Source: Lama guanicoe
Lineage: Eukaryota
Direction: 5' to 3'
Length of the DNA stretch: 64,000 nucleotides
NCBI GenBank assembly: GCA_013239625.1
Contig: MU053934.1
Coordinates: 5,722,399 to 5,786,398 of the forward strand
The notes beneath the pieces are model-generated. The model saw nothing but the letters and a program-made list of their open reading frames with translations. It searched no databases and was not told the origin of the DNA. Positions within the stretch are counted from its first letter, which is position 1, and each line of letters opens with the position of its first letter. Shown piece by piece: positions 12,782 to 25,759 of this stretch. The position numbers and the translations under genes were made by a program.

Positions 12782-12898
12782 GATGTATGTCATGTTCACA
12801 GCGAAGGTACTCCCTGCAGCCCATCCCAGAGAGGAGGATTCCAAACCGATACCTAGGCCAGCCCAGCCCCTTTACACACCCACACCTCCTCAGACCAG
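12782..12898 (+). CDS. XPNPEP3: XPNPEP3 exon 2
   Basis: ttttctcttcag acceptor; (G)[38 protein letters not shown]; gtgagg donor; 117 nt. Confidence 0.96.
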
Positions 12899-12952
12899 GT
12901 GAGGCCTTTTAACTGTAGTGACTCTCTCTCTCTTTGTCGGTGCTTTATCTAG

Positions 12953-13158
12953 AACTGTGCTAATAGAAATTTCTGCAGCAGTGGAAATGTTCTAGATCAG
13001 TGCTATCCAATATAGTAGCCACTATGTACAGGTGTCTACTGTATACTTATAACATTGCTAATGCAACTGAGGAACTCAATTTTTTGTTTTGTTTTATTTT
13101 ATTTTATTTTAATTTAAACAGATACATGTGGCTACTAGTACTGTACTGACAGCATTGT
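12953..13158. mobile_element. MER3-like hAT-Charlie MITE
   Basis: aatagaaatttctgc...gctatccaatatagtagccact...acatgtggctact; flanked on both sides by tctagaac. Confidence 0.75.
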
Positions 13159-13251
13159 CTAGAACAATAAATACAATAAGCCTTACAATTCAGAAGTATC
13201 AGTAAAAAAAAAAGTATGTATTTCAAGATGTTTTTAAAGAAAAATTCTGTT

Positions 13252-13378
13252 TCTTGTTTTTTTTCTTTTAAATTTATTATTTTTTTTATTATTATTTAAT
13301 GGAGGTACTGGGGATCGAACCCAGGACCTCATGCATGCTAAGCACACACTTCTACCACTGAGCTACACCCATCCCCCC
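13252..13378 (-). mobile_element. tRNA-Ala-derived SINE (vic-1-like, short-tail variant)
   Basis: Same tRNA-like head with an AT-rich tail; lacks the acctaattacc module seen in the other copies. Confidence 0.85.
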
Positions 13379-15229
13379 TCAACAGTTCTGTTACTTCTAA
13401 AACACAGTTTCTAGAACTGTATTCTAACTATTGATTCCTTGTGAACTACTTTGTTAAAGACATTTTAGAAAACATGTTTTTCTTGAAAGTGTTAAATGCT
13501 CACTTCAAAATATTAATAAAAGTGTCTCTACGTAGATTATGCAAGATTTCCAGATGTGATTGTCACAGCTTTGAGATGTGATTACAGTGATAAAGGTGAT
13601 GCAAAAAGTTGATAAAGGTTTACCTCATTAATTTTTTTTTCTACTGTAAGATTCCAGTGTTACTGCTAGAAGATGTATCATCAACTATTGCTCAAATTCA
13701 TACCTAAAGGGTTTTGTTTTGTTTCTTTTAAAAAAGACAGTTAAGGGATGAACTATGGTGAGTAAAGATCATCCCAAAGAGGTAGGTAAAGTAAAACCAA
13801 ATGCTCTGTAGAAAAAACAGTCAGGTTTTCAAGGGAGATTAATTGTTGCTTCTGCCATGGGAAGTTAAATGTGTACTTACTATGTAAGTATATATAGTAA
13901 TAATCGAAATTGCCTTTAGAAATATGTTGCTCTTTCACTGTCTCCACTCAGTGAATGATACCAGTGTGTCTCTCAGTGAGGGCTTCCTTTTGCTGATTCT
14001 TCATCAGACTGGAATTCCTGCTGGGAAGTTGACTGAGACTCAGGAAATGCAGCTCACCACTGAAACACACAAGAAATCAGAGGTTTTCAAAGCTGTAAGG
14101 TAAGCTTACTAGCAATACAGTAGATACTAATTTAAGTATTTCTCTACCCAATCAACCTAACTGTAGCTTCAATTTTTTTTTTAAGTAGAATTGATACTGA
14201 GTTTAACCAGCTTTGAAAATTACTGATTTCTCGTGATGAGATACTTTTACATGGTGAGCTGCATTTTCCAGGCCTTGAAACTAGTAACCATATTGCCAGT
14301 ATGATGGCTTCTGTATCTAGAATGTTTGTTATTTGTGTTATGTGCATGTTAACTATGTAAGAAATGAATGCAAACAAATACACACACATACATGTTCATA
14401 CATATGTTCATATAAACTACAGGGATAGGGGAGGAATGTCTGCCTTAATTTTTATTCTCTTTGATAATAGGATTTTGGGCATTGAGGTAAGTTAGAAGGG
14501 ATAAAAGTAGATAGAATTTTAAAACAGAATTATCAGTGTTAAAAAAACCATCAGATACAGTTTTTGTCTCCAAAACTGTGTAAGTATCCAAAGTATTAAT
14601 CACTTGTCTTTCTCCATGTAGAGATGCAAAACTTACAGAAGTGTTAAAATAATTGAGGGGTGGAGGAAGAGTAAATTATTAAGAAAAATTAAGAGGCATG
14701 TAATACTTTTTAAAAAAATCTCTTTAACAAAGCCAAAGTCAGTTTGTTAGTTTGGGGTATAAAATTATGTCTCTATTATGGGGTTTGCTCCAAAAGGTTT
14801 CATATTTGGCATATTTTCCAATACTTGCCAGTACTTTAAACTTTTGAAAAGTATCTCAGTCCCTTTCCTAAATATTTTACAGGTTCCATGTATATTATAG
14901 ACAAATTGGAGAATACAGATAAGCATGATTTCTAAAAAATTACTCATAATCCCACCATTCAGACAAAACCACTATGGAGATTTTAGTATATGTATCTTTC
15001 TAGACTTATTTCTTCTATATATTGTGTACATGTATACACACTGTGTATACTGATCAACGATTTCCTTAGAATAAATTCCTAGAAGTGAAATTACTGGAAT
15101 TACAGTTCCTTCTGAATTTTGGGGAGCTGTTTTCCTTGGATTTCTTTTGGCCATATCTACCCAAGTTTCCTGAAGCAACAGTAACTTGGAAAATATTCAG
15201 CAGAATGACATGGGAGATAAAAGAATTCT

Positions 15230-16200
15230 GTGCGGGCTGTGATTACAACTGCTTTAGATGGAAATAGAGTTAGATTGACTCCTCCCAAGTCCTCTTAGTG
15301 ATTTTTAAAGCTTACCCTTTTCTTAAAGAAATCTGAGCATCGTAGACCATTTCTTCTTTTTATGACATTGTCATCTCTGTTAAGAATTGTGTCTGTAGAG
15401 ACAGAAAATGTCAATTCATCCTCCTTGATCATTAATATGCCTTCCACTTATTATCACCCAGGGGAAAAAGTGATTCCATATAAGAAGGCAAATAGCATTC
15501 TGAGCTGTATACTATTACGAACCGTGAACCTCCTCACCCCTCCCCACCCCGACTCCCCCGGCTTGGGCGAAGGAAGGATTTATTACTTGCAGCAAAGTAA
15601 GGAGAACAGGGGGTCTTTCCCAAGGCGGTGTCACTGTGAATCTGCTTTTTATAATATCTGTACAAGAAAGACACTTATATAGTTCCCTGACATTGTAAGA
15701 TGTTCAGCCCCATAAACAACTCCCTTCCAGGGAATAGAAAGAATTAGTGCCTTATGCATTGTTTCCAAAAAACTTAATTTCTAAAATTTTTACCTTCCTG
15801 AACAAAATTAATTTTGGAATATGTGATATAATTTGGAGCTTAAGAAAGGGCTATTCAAAAAGTTGGGCTTGTCAGAATGACTTGTCTGACATCCAGAACC
15901 ACTTCTTAGTTTTCTGTCAACTACAGCAGTGAATAGATTCATTGAGAAATAATCAGAATACAAGTGTGTGGCCCACAACTTGAGGGAATGCTTTTACCAT
16001 GTACCTTTCTTTCCCTTTTCATCAAATAATGGCTAAGACTATATAGTTGTCGTCAAGTATATTTTAAATGATGAAAAGATTGATTCTAGAGTGGGTTGTA
16101 GATAATAATTCTCAAATCTCCTTCCCATAAAGGTTTCAGAATCAGTTAGGTATCCATCTTTCAGTGATAATTCAGTTGTAGTTCTGCCTTAAGCAAGGGG
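15230..16200 (+). mobile_element. Degraded CR1/L3 remnant with an LTR-like fragment near 15515-15650
   Basis: Reads KKANSILSCI near 15482-15511, similar to the CR1 ORF2 motif KKANAILGCI; CR1-like 3' sequence near 16060-16200. Confidence 0.45.
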
Positions 16201-17479
16201 TGTATTTTTTTTTTAAGTTTTGTTAAACATGATTGACTTTAATAACTAAAAGATCAAGACTTATTTTGGTAGGGTGAGGTTTTTATAAACATTAAAATAT
16301 ATGTCCAAGAAATAAAAAACTGAAAGTGACTTGAATCTGTCTAGACCACTGGGTGAGCTTTTTCAAATTATACATGCATGCCAGGATCCCAAAGACTTGC
16401 TGAATCAGAATCTCAAGGGAAAGGCTTGGACCATGTGTTTTGAAGTGCTTCCTGGGTGTTTCTGATGCATGCCACTAGCCTAATGGGTCCTCACTCAGCT
16501 GGGTACATGGGATGCCTACTGACTTAAGGAGGCAAGCCAGATCTTTAGTCACAGGCCATGTTTTAAAGCAGAGTGTGCCCTCCCCATGTCTCTCTGATGT
16601 CCTCATCCCCAAACACTCAGTTCTTAAATCACCACCACCAAACATTTACTGAATGATTACATTTATCTAGCCATTTCAAAACACATTTTGTAGATTATGC
16701 CTGATAGGCAGAGTAGTAGTCTAAAAAAGTTTTGTATTCTAGAGTTTTTAAATTTAGACTTATTTTTTCCTAGATATTTCACCTTGAAGTCTACTTGTTT
16801 TTATAAAGTAATATATATTTTTCCTACTCCCTGTGTACCTATGGAATTTTTAAAATAAGTATATATTCATATTGACATAGTTATATATTTTCCTCTCATC
16901 TTCATCTTGTGATTAGATTTGAATGCAGAGTAAAGACTGGAGTCTTTACATATATAAGTTTATAGGTGAAAAAAACTGTATTTAACTTGTATATATGATA
17001 CATGTTGGCTACTCATTTCAAGGTACCATTATACTGATAACTAGCTTATAGAAATTCCATAAATTGCTGTCTGGTGCAGAATTACAGAGTATTTCTCTTT
17101 TTTTAATACTAAGAGGAGAAAGAAAATTTTGAAATATATTAACTTTCATGTGGTTTAAATACTGGTACATTAAAAATATATACTTGTCTATTTCTCTCTT
17201 TAACCTTTGTGCATATTTCTCATTTGTATCCAGAAATTCTCTGTGGTAGAGATTAGCAAGAATCTGCCCCAGAAAAGAATTTAAAAAAGCTCTTGAATCA
17301 CTTGAAACTCATTCTTCTTGTTGTGTGAAAAAGCCAGAGATGTTCAGGGGTTTTATGTAAATAATTATTTTGATTAGGGATAGTGGTTGTCCCTGCAAAT
17401 TTTACTGTTTCAAGATCCTGCCTAGCCTTGGATTACCAGAATGACAACCTCTTCAAATGTATATTCTTTATTGTGGTAG

Positions 17480-17690
17480 TAATTATAACTAATATTTATA
17501 TAGTGCTTACTGTTCTAAGTATTTCATTAACTTCTTTAATCTTCCTGACATTTTGTGCAGTGGGTGCTATTACTATCCATTTTATAGATGAGGAAACTGA
17601 GGCACAGAGCAGTTTGGTAGTTCTCCCTAAGTCACTCAGTAAGTTGTTAAGCCAGAATTCCAACTCACAAAAGTGTGAGTCCACACTTAA
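17480..17690 (-). mobile_element. MIR
   Basis: Core ccattttatagatgaggaaactgaggcacagag. Confidence 0.75.
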
Positions 17691-17824
17691 CCACAAAACA
17701 ACACATAACACTTGTGCCAAAGAATACGATCTGGGAATTTTTTTGAAGTCTCTTTTTGTTATAATATTTTTGGTAAGAAGTTCAACTGAGAGAAGTCTTA
17801 GTGTAAAAATTATTTCAGCTTTAG

Positions 17825-18133
17825 AGTTGTCTCTTGGTATCCACTGGTGATTGGTTCCAGGACCCCCTCAGATATTAGTATCTGTGTCTGCTCAAGTCCC
17901 TTACATAAATTGGCGTGGTATTTGCATACGTCCTCCTGTATACCTTAAACCAGCTCTAGATTACTTATAATACCTAATACGTTGTAAATATTATGTAAAT
18001 AGTTGCTCTTGCCCAGCAAATTTGAGTTTTGCTTTTTGAGACTTTCTGGATTTTTTTTTCCCCAAATATTTTTGTTCTGTGGTTGGTTGAATCCCCCAGA
18101 TGCAGAACCTGTGGATATGGAGGGCCGACTGTA
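17825..18133. mobile_element. MER2-like TcMar-Tigger element
   Basis: gattggttccaggacccc...gctcaagtccctta...gatgcagaacctgtggatatggagggccgactgta. Confidence 0.8.
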
Positions 18134-20125
18134 CTTTTTAAAAATGTGGCAAAATTTACATACAGTGAATTGTGCAGTTCTTAAATACACAATTCAGTGA
18201 GTTTTGACAAAGGTACAGCTATGTAACCTGTGCCCTGTTCCAGATGTAGAGAGCATTTCTGTCACCCTAGAAAGTTCCTTCATACCTCCCCAGTCAGTCC
18301 CCACCTCCATCCTTAACCGCTGCTCTGTTTTCTATCAACATGATTGTTTTGCCTATTCTTGACTTTCATGTAAGTGGAATCATACAGTATGGACCCTTTC
18401 TGTCTGTCTTGTTTTGGTCAACATATGCAAATAAAATCCATTTAGAGTATTTTTAAGTTAATTATTTGGTCATTTCATTTTTTCAGAGGGGTCTGTTTTA
18501 CTTTATAAAGGAAACAGGTGTTAGCTTTTTCTTTACCCCCCATACCATACAGTAATAGATCATTTTATGAACTACTTCCTTATATACAATGAAAACTAAC
18601 TAATACTTAACAGAATTCAAGGACACTGCTTCAGAATCAGACCATGTTAGAATCCTAACCTAAGTTAGTTTCAGAAAATAATTAACATACATACCTAGAT
18701 TGTAGCAAAGACTTGCATGTTTTCATCCATTTTCAGTATTTATAAAACTTTCCTCTCTGGCTTTTCTCCTTGGCTGATAAAATAGGAAAAACATTTTTCT
18801 TACTCTCTTGAGAGGCCCAGTCGTAAGTGTCCTGGAAGAGCTTTTCTTCTTGGCTGCAGAATCTCAGAATTGATCGTGGAACTTTGCTGTTTGCAGAGTC
18901 CAGACTGTGACATCTAGGCATTTGATTGGTTAAATAAGCTTATTAGAGTAGCCCCTCTATCCTTAATTGATTCCACTTGATGAAATACTGACTTTGCTTC
19001 TTAATACTTTACAATTTGACGAAGTTGCCAGAATGTCTATTTAGATATAGTTTTATCTGAAGAAATTCAGGCTAGATTGACTGTAATGTTTAGTTCTGTG
19101 ATCAAAGGCCAAAACAACTGCCAGGTTTACCTCTAGGGTTAAAGTTCATTGCTTTATCACTTTTCCCCCCCTCCTTCAAATGATAAGAAAAGGTGTGTTT
19201 TTCCTTGGATAATTTTTCTGTTGTGACCAAGAGTTCTTTGTTTGAAATTTCAGAAGTTTGGAAACATTTAGTTAATTATCACTCCATAGTGTTTACAATT
19301 AGTAAGCTTGGGGAAAATGTAGCCAGTGTTTTAAATATTTCTCATGTAGTCATTTGTATGAAATTAGATTTAGCAAAGAGGAATGCTTTGAAGGGTGTAA
19401 AATATGGTTTTGCAATCCCTGCTTTGATTTCCAAATTTTTATCTTTTTGCAGAAGTTACTTCCTAATGTATGTATATGTATACTCTAATGAAAATGAGAG
19501 ATAATACATAGGTTAGGGTCATTAATACTATGGGTTTTCTTCTTATCTTCCAAAGTTTGAAGAAAACACACAAAATGAATTGATTTTTTTAATTTAGTTT
19601 TATTACATGGACTGCAGCAAAATGCAGGAAAGGGAGAAAGTAGAAAGATAAAAAGGAGAGATTGGATAACCACCAATTATAACCAGCCTCTGCTTTTATA
19701 AAAGTATTTACTACTTGGGTAAATTGGGAAACTTCCAATATTGAGTAACAGTGGCAGACTTAACATGAATATTTATCAGAGAGATAAATAGTTAAGCTGT
19801 TCTTTGCTCTGGTACATAGTTCAGCATTCTGCTCAAGAGCCCTAAGGGACTCTTAGCCAACTCAGTCCTGCGAGAAGGAAATGTGGTATGAGCTCTTCTA
19901 AGACCGACTCTGTTGCTTTGCCTAATTCAAGCTGACCAATTAGGCCCTCTCTTACTTATTTCTTTTATTTCTTATCAGCCTCCTCAATAAAAATGTAAAT
20001 TTTTCTATTATAGATAAATAAAAGTTAAATTGAAATTATTAATGGGTCACAAACTGCAGAATTTTCTGGAGAGATAAACTCTGCTTAGGTAAAACAACTA
20101 GACAGTTCCAAGGTAATCATAAAAA

Positions 20126-20289
20126 GGGGGGAGGGGATAGCTCAAATGATAGAGCATGTGCTTAGCATGCATGAGGTCCTGGGTTCAATCCCCAGTACTT
20201 CCTCCAAAAATAACCTAATTACCCTACCCCTCCCAAAAAAAACCCGAAAAAATAAAAGTAAAATCAAGCCCATTAAAAAAAAAAAGTAA
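20126..20289 (+). mobile_element. tRNA-Ala-derived SINE (vic-1-like)
   Basis: ggggggaggggatagctcaa...ggttcaatcccc head, A-rich tail, 17-bp TSD tccaaggtaatcataaa at 20107-20123 and 20290-20306. Confidence 0.9.
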
Positions 20290-21169
20290 TCCAAGGTAAT
20301 CATAAACAGCTGAGTTACATGTACTGAACATGAGTACTAAGAAAACTTGAAGGACTTTGCTCCAGCAGTTTCTCTCCTGGGACTATACCATGGAAATAAA
20401 AGCTTCAGTATATAACGTATGAAAGTACCCTATAGGTGTAACTACAAAAGTGTTTATTATTGCAGCAAAAAGCTGAAAATAGTATGAATGCCCACCAGTA
20501 TGGCAATGGGTCAGTAAGTTATGATAACCCCAAGAAATACTATGGAGACATCAAGCAGAATGAATAGGAGCTGTGCCGGATGACTTGGTGGGAGGGACTT
20601 CTATGAGATATTGTTGTGTTAGAAAGCAACATACAGAAAAGACTGTGTAGTATCCCATTTTTGTGAAACACTAGTGACTCAAAAAACCCTTAATGCAGGT
20701 GTATGTGTATGTGATTGTATGAGTATTGAGAAAAATAGGAATGGATACATACTTACAAACAGGGGCAAGGTGCTATGTGGGTGGAAGGAGGGAAGGGGAG
20801 TGAGGACTCAAACAACAGAGGAAAGGGGGATAAATGTTTAACTATTGAAAGAGTTCAGTGTGGTGTGATTACATTTATATACAACTACAATATAGAGAGA
20901 GAGAGAAGTGAAGAAAACTAATTTAAAGAAATAAATCAACATGATCTGGGCTAATCAAGAAAGCCTTTTGAATGAGGAAAGTCTAAAAACAAACGTATAT
21001 TGAGCCCAGCATCTTGGAGTGGAATTGTTGTGGAGAGATAAGAAATTTTAGAAAGGGGACACATTGTAAGCAAAGTCATAGGGAAAGAACAGATTGGAAT
21101 GACTTACATAAAACGTAAGAAGGAATTAATCTCAGAGTAATTGGGAGAATGATAAGAAAAAAGTTGGAC

Positions 21170-21470
21170 AAGTCACCAAAGACCACATGTTGTATGATTT
21201 CATTCATATGAAATCTCTGCAATAGACAAACCCATAGGGACAGAAAATAGATTAGTGGTTGTCAAAGGTTGGGTGGATTTGGAGGAAACAGGGAGTAACC
21301 ACTGATTGGCATGGAGTTTCTTTTTGGAATGATGAAATATTCTAAAAATCAGTTAGGGTGATGTTTGCACAATTCTGCAAATATACCAAAAATACCATTG
21401 AATTGTAGATTTTAAGTGGGAGACTTATATAGTATATAAATTATATCTCAGTAAAGGTGTTACCCAAAAA
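21170..21470 (+). mobile_element. Old L1 3' fragment inserted in L2-like sequence
   Basis: aaagaccacatgttgtatgatttcattcatatgaaat...agattagtggttg L1M 3'UTR motifs. Confidence 0.7.
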
Positions 21471-23144
21471 AGTTAGCCAGATAAATTGGAGTGACCTGGT
21501 AGAGAACATTAAGATCTAGGCTTAAGAGTTGGAATTTGATCTAATGGACAATAAATAGACATTTTTAGGCTATGAATATGGAATAGACTATCCATGGCTT
21601 CTCTTTTTTAGTTTCTTTTTTCTCTTTATATTTGTATTTTATTTATAAAAGTATATACTCATTGAAACAAAATTCAAATAATATAAAAAATGTTGTTAAA
21701 TAGAAATTTTTAATTTATCTCATTCCCATAGATTACCACTATAATATTGTGATTTTTAAAAAAAATTCTTTTCTCTCTGTCTCTTTTTTTTTTAACATAG
21801 ATAACATGGTGTCCATCTTGCTCTTTATGTTTTTTTATACTGCAGTGTTTCATGGCTGTCTTTCCATACTTGCACATGGAGACTGGCTACTGCCAGAGAA
21901 TAATAATAGTATCCCACATCTTGGAGTCATTGTTAAGATTAGACGAGTTGGTACATGTAAATAATTAGAATAGAACTAGACACGTATTAAGCATTCAATA
22001 AGCATTAGATGTTGTTTTACTATTATTAAGTGTAGGCTTAGAGATACAGCTTTTGTGTGTGATTGTTTAATAGTTCTTTTCTTTGGAAACCTAAAGTGAA
22101 AGCAAGCATAATCTCTATTTCAGAATTGAAGCATTCACCCATTCATCACTGAGCTAGCAGCCAGGCAGTCTGCTAAATACTAATGCTAAGAACTAACACA
22201 TAACACTTCATAACAAAACTTCTTAATATGGGTTTTTTTGGATGAGCTGAAGGGAATCTGAGACTCTGAAAACAGTATGTCAAAAATTTGTATGTGCCTA
22301 TGTGCAGTTTAGTAAACAGAATAAGTCCATAGCTTATAAAAGATTCTATAGGGCATCTTTAAATCCTTAAGAACCATATGCTTTATCAAATTTGATTCTC
22401 ATGACAGCCCCAAGAGGTAAATAATTACTAGAGTTTTTGGAGGCTACAAAGATGGCCCTGACCCTCAGAGAGGTTATGTATACCCAGCTCACTGGTAATA
22501 CAAAGTAAAAAGTAAAAAACTCTATTAGAAAGGTATTATTATGCCTTAGAAATTCAAAAGGAGAAATTTATTCTAGCTCTTGAAATTGGGGAGAACTTTT
22601 TGGCCTTAAACACTGTTACATTAAAAACTATAGCTCATTTGACAAGTATTTATCAAATGCCCACTAATGTCAGTTGTTATTCTAGGCCCTGGGAATATAA
22701 CATTGAGCAAATAGATACAAATCTGTATCTTCATGGAGCTTGCATTCTTTTAGGGAAGTCATACACAGATAATGTGATCATTCTCATCACCTTACATATT
22801 AAAATTTAACGGCAACTTGGATTATTTGACTAACAATGCCTTCCACATAGTAATATATACAAATATTGGATTGAATGAGTAAAAGAATGAACCAAAAAGC
22901 TGGAAGAGACCTTAGTAGGTCATGATCCCAGTTTTCAGGCAGGACCACATTTAACTATCATTTCTTCCAAATTTTTGCAATGGAGTAGAAATTTGAAACC
23001 TGGATTATCCTTAATTTGCCATGTGCTATGAGGAGATTTGGTATAAATAGAAAAAATGAACTTAGGTGTCTCCATCTGGTATTAAGCTATCTTAAGTACT
23101 TTGGCACTATAGAAATACGAAACATCATTGTTTGTCATTTCTAG

Positions 23145-23552
23145 GGGAGGTGACACCAGGACTATCCCAGGTGGAATATGCACTTCGCAGACACAAACTA
23201 ATGTCTCTAATCCACAAGGAAGCACATGGGCAGAGTGGGACAGACCAGACAGTGGTTCTACTGTCCAACCCTACGTACTACATGAGCAATGATATCCCCT
23301 ATACTTTCCATCAAGACAACAATTTCCTGTACCTGTGTGGATTCCAAGAGCCTGATAGCATTCTGGTCCTTCAAAGCCTCCCCGGCAAGCAGTTACCAGC
23401 ACACAAGGCCATTCTTTTTGTGCCTCGGAGAGACCCCAGTCGAGAACTTTGGGACGGCCCCCGATCTGGCACTGATGGAGCAGTAGCTCTAACTGGAGTG
23501 GACGAAGCCTATACTCTGGAAGAATTCCAACATCTAGTACCGAAACTGAAAG
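23145..23552 (+). CDS. XPNPEP3: XPNPEP3 exon 3
   Basis: tttctag acceptor; (G)[19 protein letters not shown]...[18 protein letters not shown]...LVPKLK (aminopeptidase P N-terminal domain); gtaagt donor; 408 nt. Confidence 0.97.
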
Positions 23553-25422
23553 GTAAGTGGGAACGGAAGTCAAATCACAGGCCATATTATGATTAAGACC
23601 TTCCTTGCCTATTTAAACAAAGTTCTTCATTTCATAAAATGATTATCATAGCAGCATTCCGTGAGCACCCTGGAAAGAATGTAAATCTTTTCCACAGAAC
23701 TTTAAAGACTTCGTGTATTCATTTGCTAAATCTTCATTAGATTATTCATCCACAGAGACTGCTAACTGTCCTACTTTGAAATCCCAGAGAGAGAATTTTC
23801 TTTTAAAGTGGAGAATGGGCATGGGCCACTCTTCAAGATCACTGACTAGTCTGTTGACCTTTGACTACTACTTACTTCTTTTGCCAAGTCTTCAGAAAAA
23901 AGGCATTCTCGAAAAATTATCTATTCATCACCAGCTTCAGAATCACCTGGTGATGCATACTAGAATTACTAATGCATGATAGGTACTGGAAATGTAAAAT
24001 CTGAGGCCCTCACTCTATACCTCCTAAATCAGAATCTGCTCTTTACAAGATTCTCAGGTGGTTCATATAAACATTTGAGTTCCTGCCTCTCAAAATAGTC
24101 ACTTTCCCTACATTTATTCTGGTGAAATTATGATCACTCAATGTTTTGGGACTTCTTTTCTGGAACTTTTCAGAATATACACTACATTATAAACTATCCT
24201 TAGTGGTTCTTGTAAAGTTCCAGAAAAGAAGTCCCAAAACATTGAGTGATCATAATCATAACAGCTCTGGGGAGCATTTTAGTTTTTCAAGTGTCCAAAA
24301 GTCACTTAGAGCCAAATTTGATAAATAAGATAGATGATCAAGTTGGAAAATACTGATTTTAGACAAAATAATGTATGATTGCAAAATTTTAGTCTGATAT
24401 TTCTGAAGTCAGTCTCTAAAAGAGACTTCCAAGGTAGTTTTCTGCAGTCATGGAGTAAGACTGTAAAACTGAGACAGTTGGTCTGTGCTTTCAAACACGG
24501 ACATCAGGTAGTAGAGGTTGTCTTACTTTTTAGAAACTGCAACAGTTAAATTTCTACTGAAGACAAGGTTGGAGTTTTACATGTAATATACATTGAAAAC
24601 CATTTTTGTTTTAAAGTAAAAATATTTAAGAGATTGTATCACTAGTACCTATCCAGTCAGAAATCTTCGGACTTTTCTCCTCTTCTGAGCCAAAGTACTT
24701 TGTATAAAACATGCAACCCTTCAGTCTTAGGTTGTTGGGAATACTGCTTACAGGTTTCTGTCAGGAAAAAAGAAGGGAACAAGTGGAGACCTGGTGTAAG
24801 TGGAAAAGATTTTCGTAACGAGCCTTCTTATCTTGTATCAGGGAAAAATTGACCATTTCCTTGGGTCTCTAAAGTGAGAAGGTGACCTGTGGTTGTCTAT
24901 AATGAGACATGGCAGATGGGAAAGGAAAGATTCCATGGATACGTGTGGATGAGCTTATGTTACCAACTGCGAGAGCTCCTCTCACCAGTACTGTTTGTAA
25001 GGGATGGAATATTTTTACCCATAAGGTCATGAGCTGAGTACTTTTTTCTGAGTGTTCAGTTATTCAACAATGCCTTTAGCTCAGCTGTGGTGTGGAGAAC
25101 TAATTGTCATAACTGTTCTTTAACAGTTAATAAATAATAAAATCAAAGCTAAAGTAAAGCTTGTCTCATCTGTCACCTTTATAGAGAACACCGCAGTTTG
25201 AAGGCAGAAAAGCTGTATGCTCAGTCTCAGAATATCTTGCTATTTTCAGTGAATGACCTTTCCAGTGATTTCTCATCAAATCCTTCAATTACTTTAGTCC
25301 TGAGAGAGTTTGTGCTCAACCCTTTAGAGTTCCGCACTACACATTTTATAGTTTTGATTCTTGTTCAAGTCATTGTAACAGGTGGTGTTTTATTTTAAAT
25401 CTTTTTGGTTTCTCACTTTGAG

Positions 25423-25625
25423 CTGAGACACATACACTGTGGTATGACTGGATGAGGCCGGCTCACACACAGCTCCACAGTGACTACCTGCAGCAGCTGA
25501 CAGAGGTCAAAGCCAGGAGCAAGAACAAGGTCCGGGCTGTCCAGCAGCTGGTGCAGCACCTCAGGCTGATCAAATCTCCTGCAGAAATTGAACGAATGCA
25601 GATTGCTGGGAAGCTGACATCACAG
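25423..25625 (+). CDS. XPNPEP3: XPNPEP3 exon 4
   Basis: ctttgag acceptor; (A)[14 protein letters not shown]...[22 protein letters not shown]; gtatgg donor; 203 nt, frame-consistent with both neighbours. Confidence 0.95.
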
Positions 25626-25759
25626 GTATGGTTACTACTGAAAAAGCTCCTTCAAAATTAAAGAATCTTCAGCACTTAGGGTTCAGTGGGCACCTTGAGG
25701 CAGTGCAGCAACCTCACAGCACATGGACATTTAGCTTCTACTTTGATGTATATATATAT

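Noticed and set aside
17383..17850. 155-aa hydrophobic ORF
   Set aside because: It spans a MIR and AT-rich intron sequence, has a non-ATG start and shows no recognisable domain.
23132..23596. 154-aa ORF as a stand-alone gene
   Set aside because: It is XPNPEP3 exon 3 read through into the flanking introns. The same applies to ORFs 12715-12912, 25452-25661 and 42672-42977.
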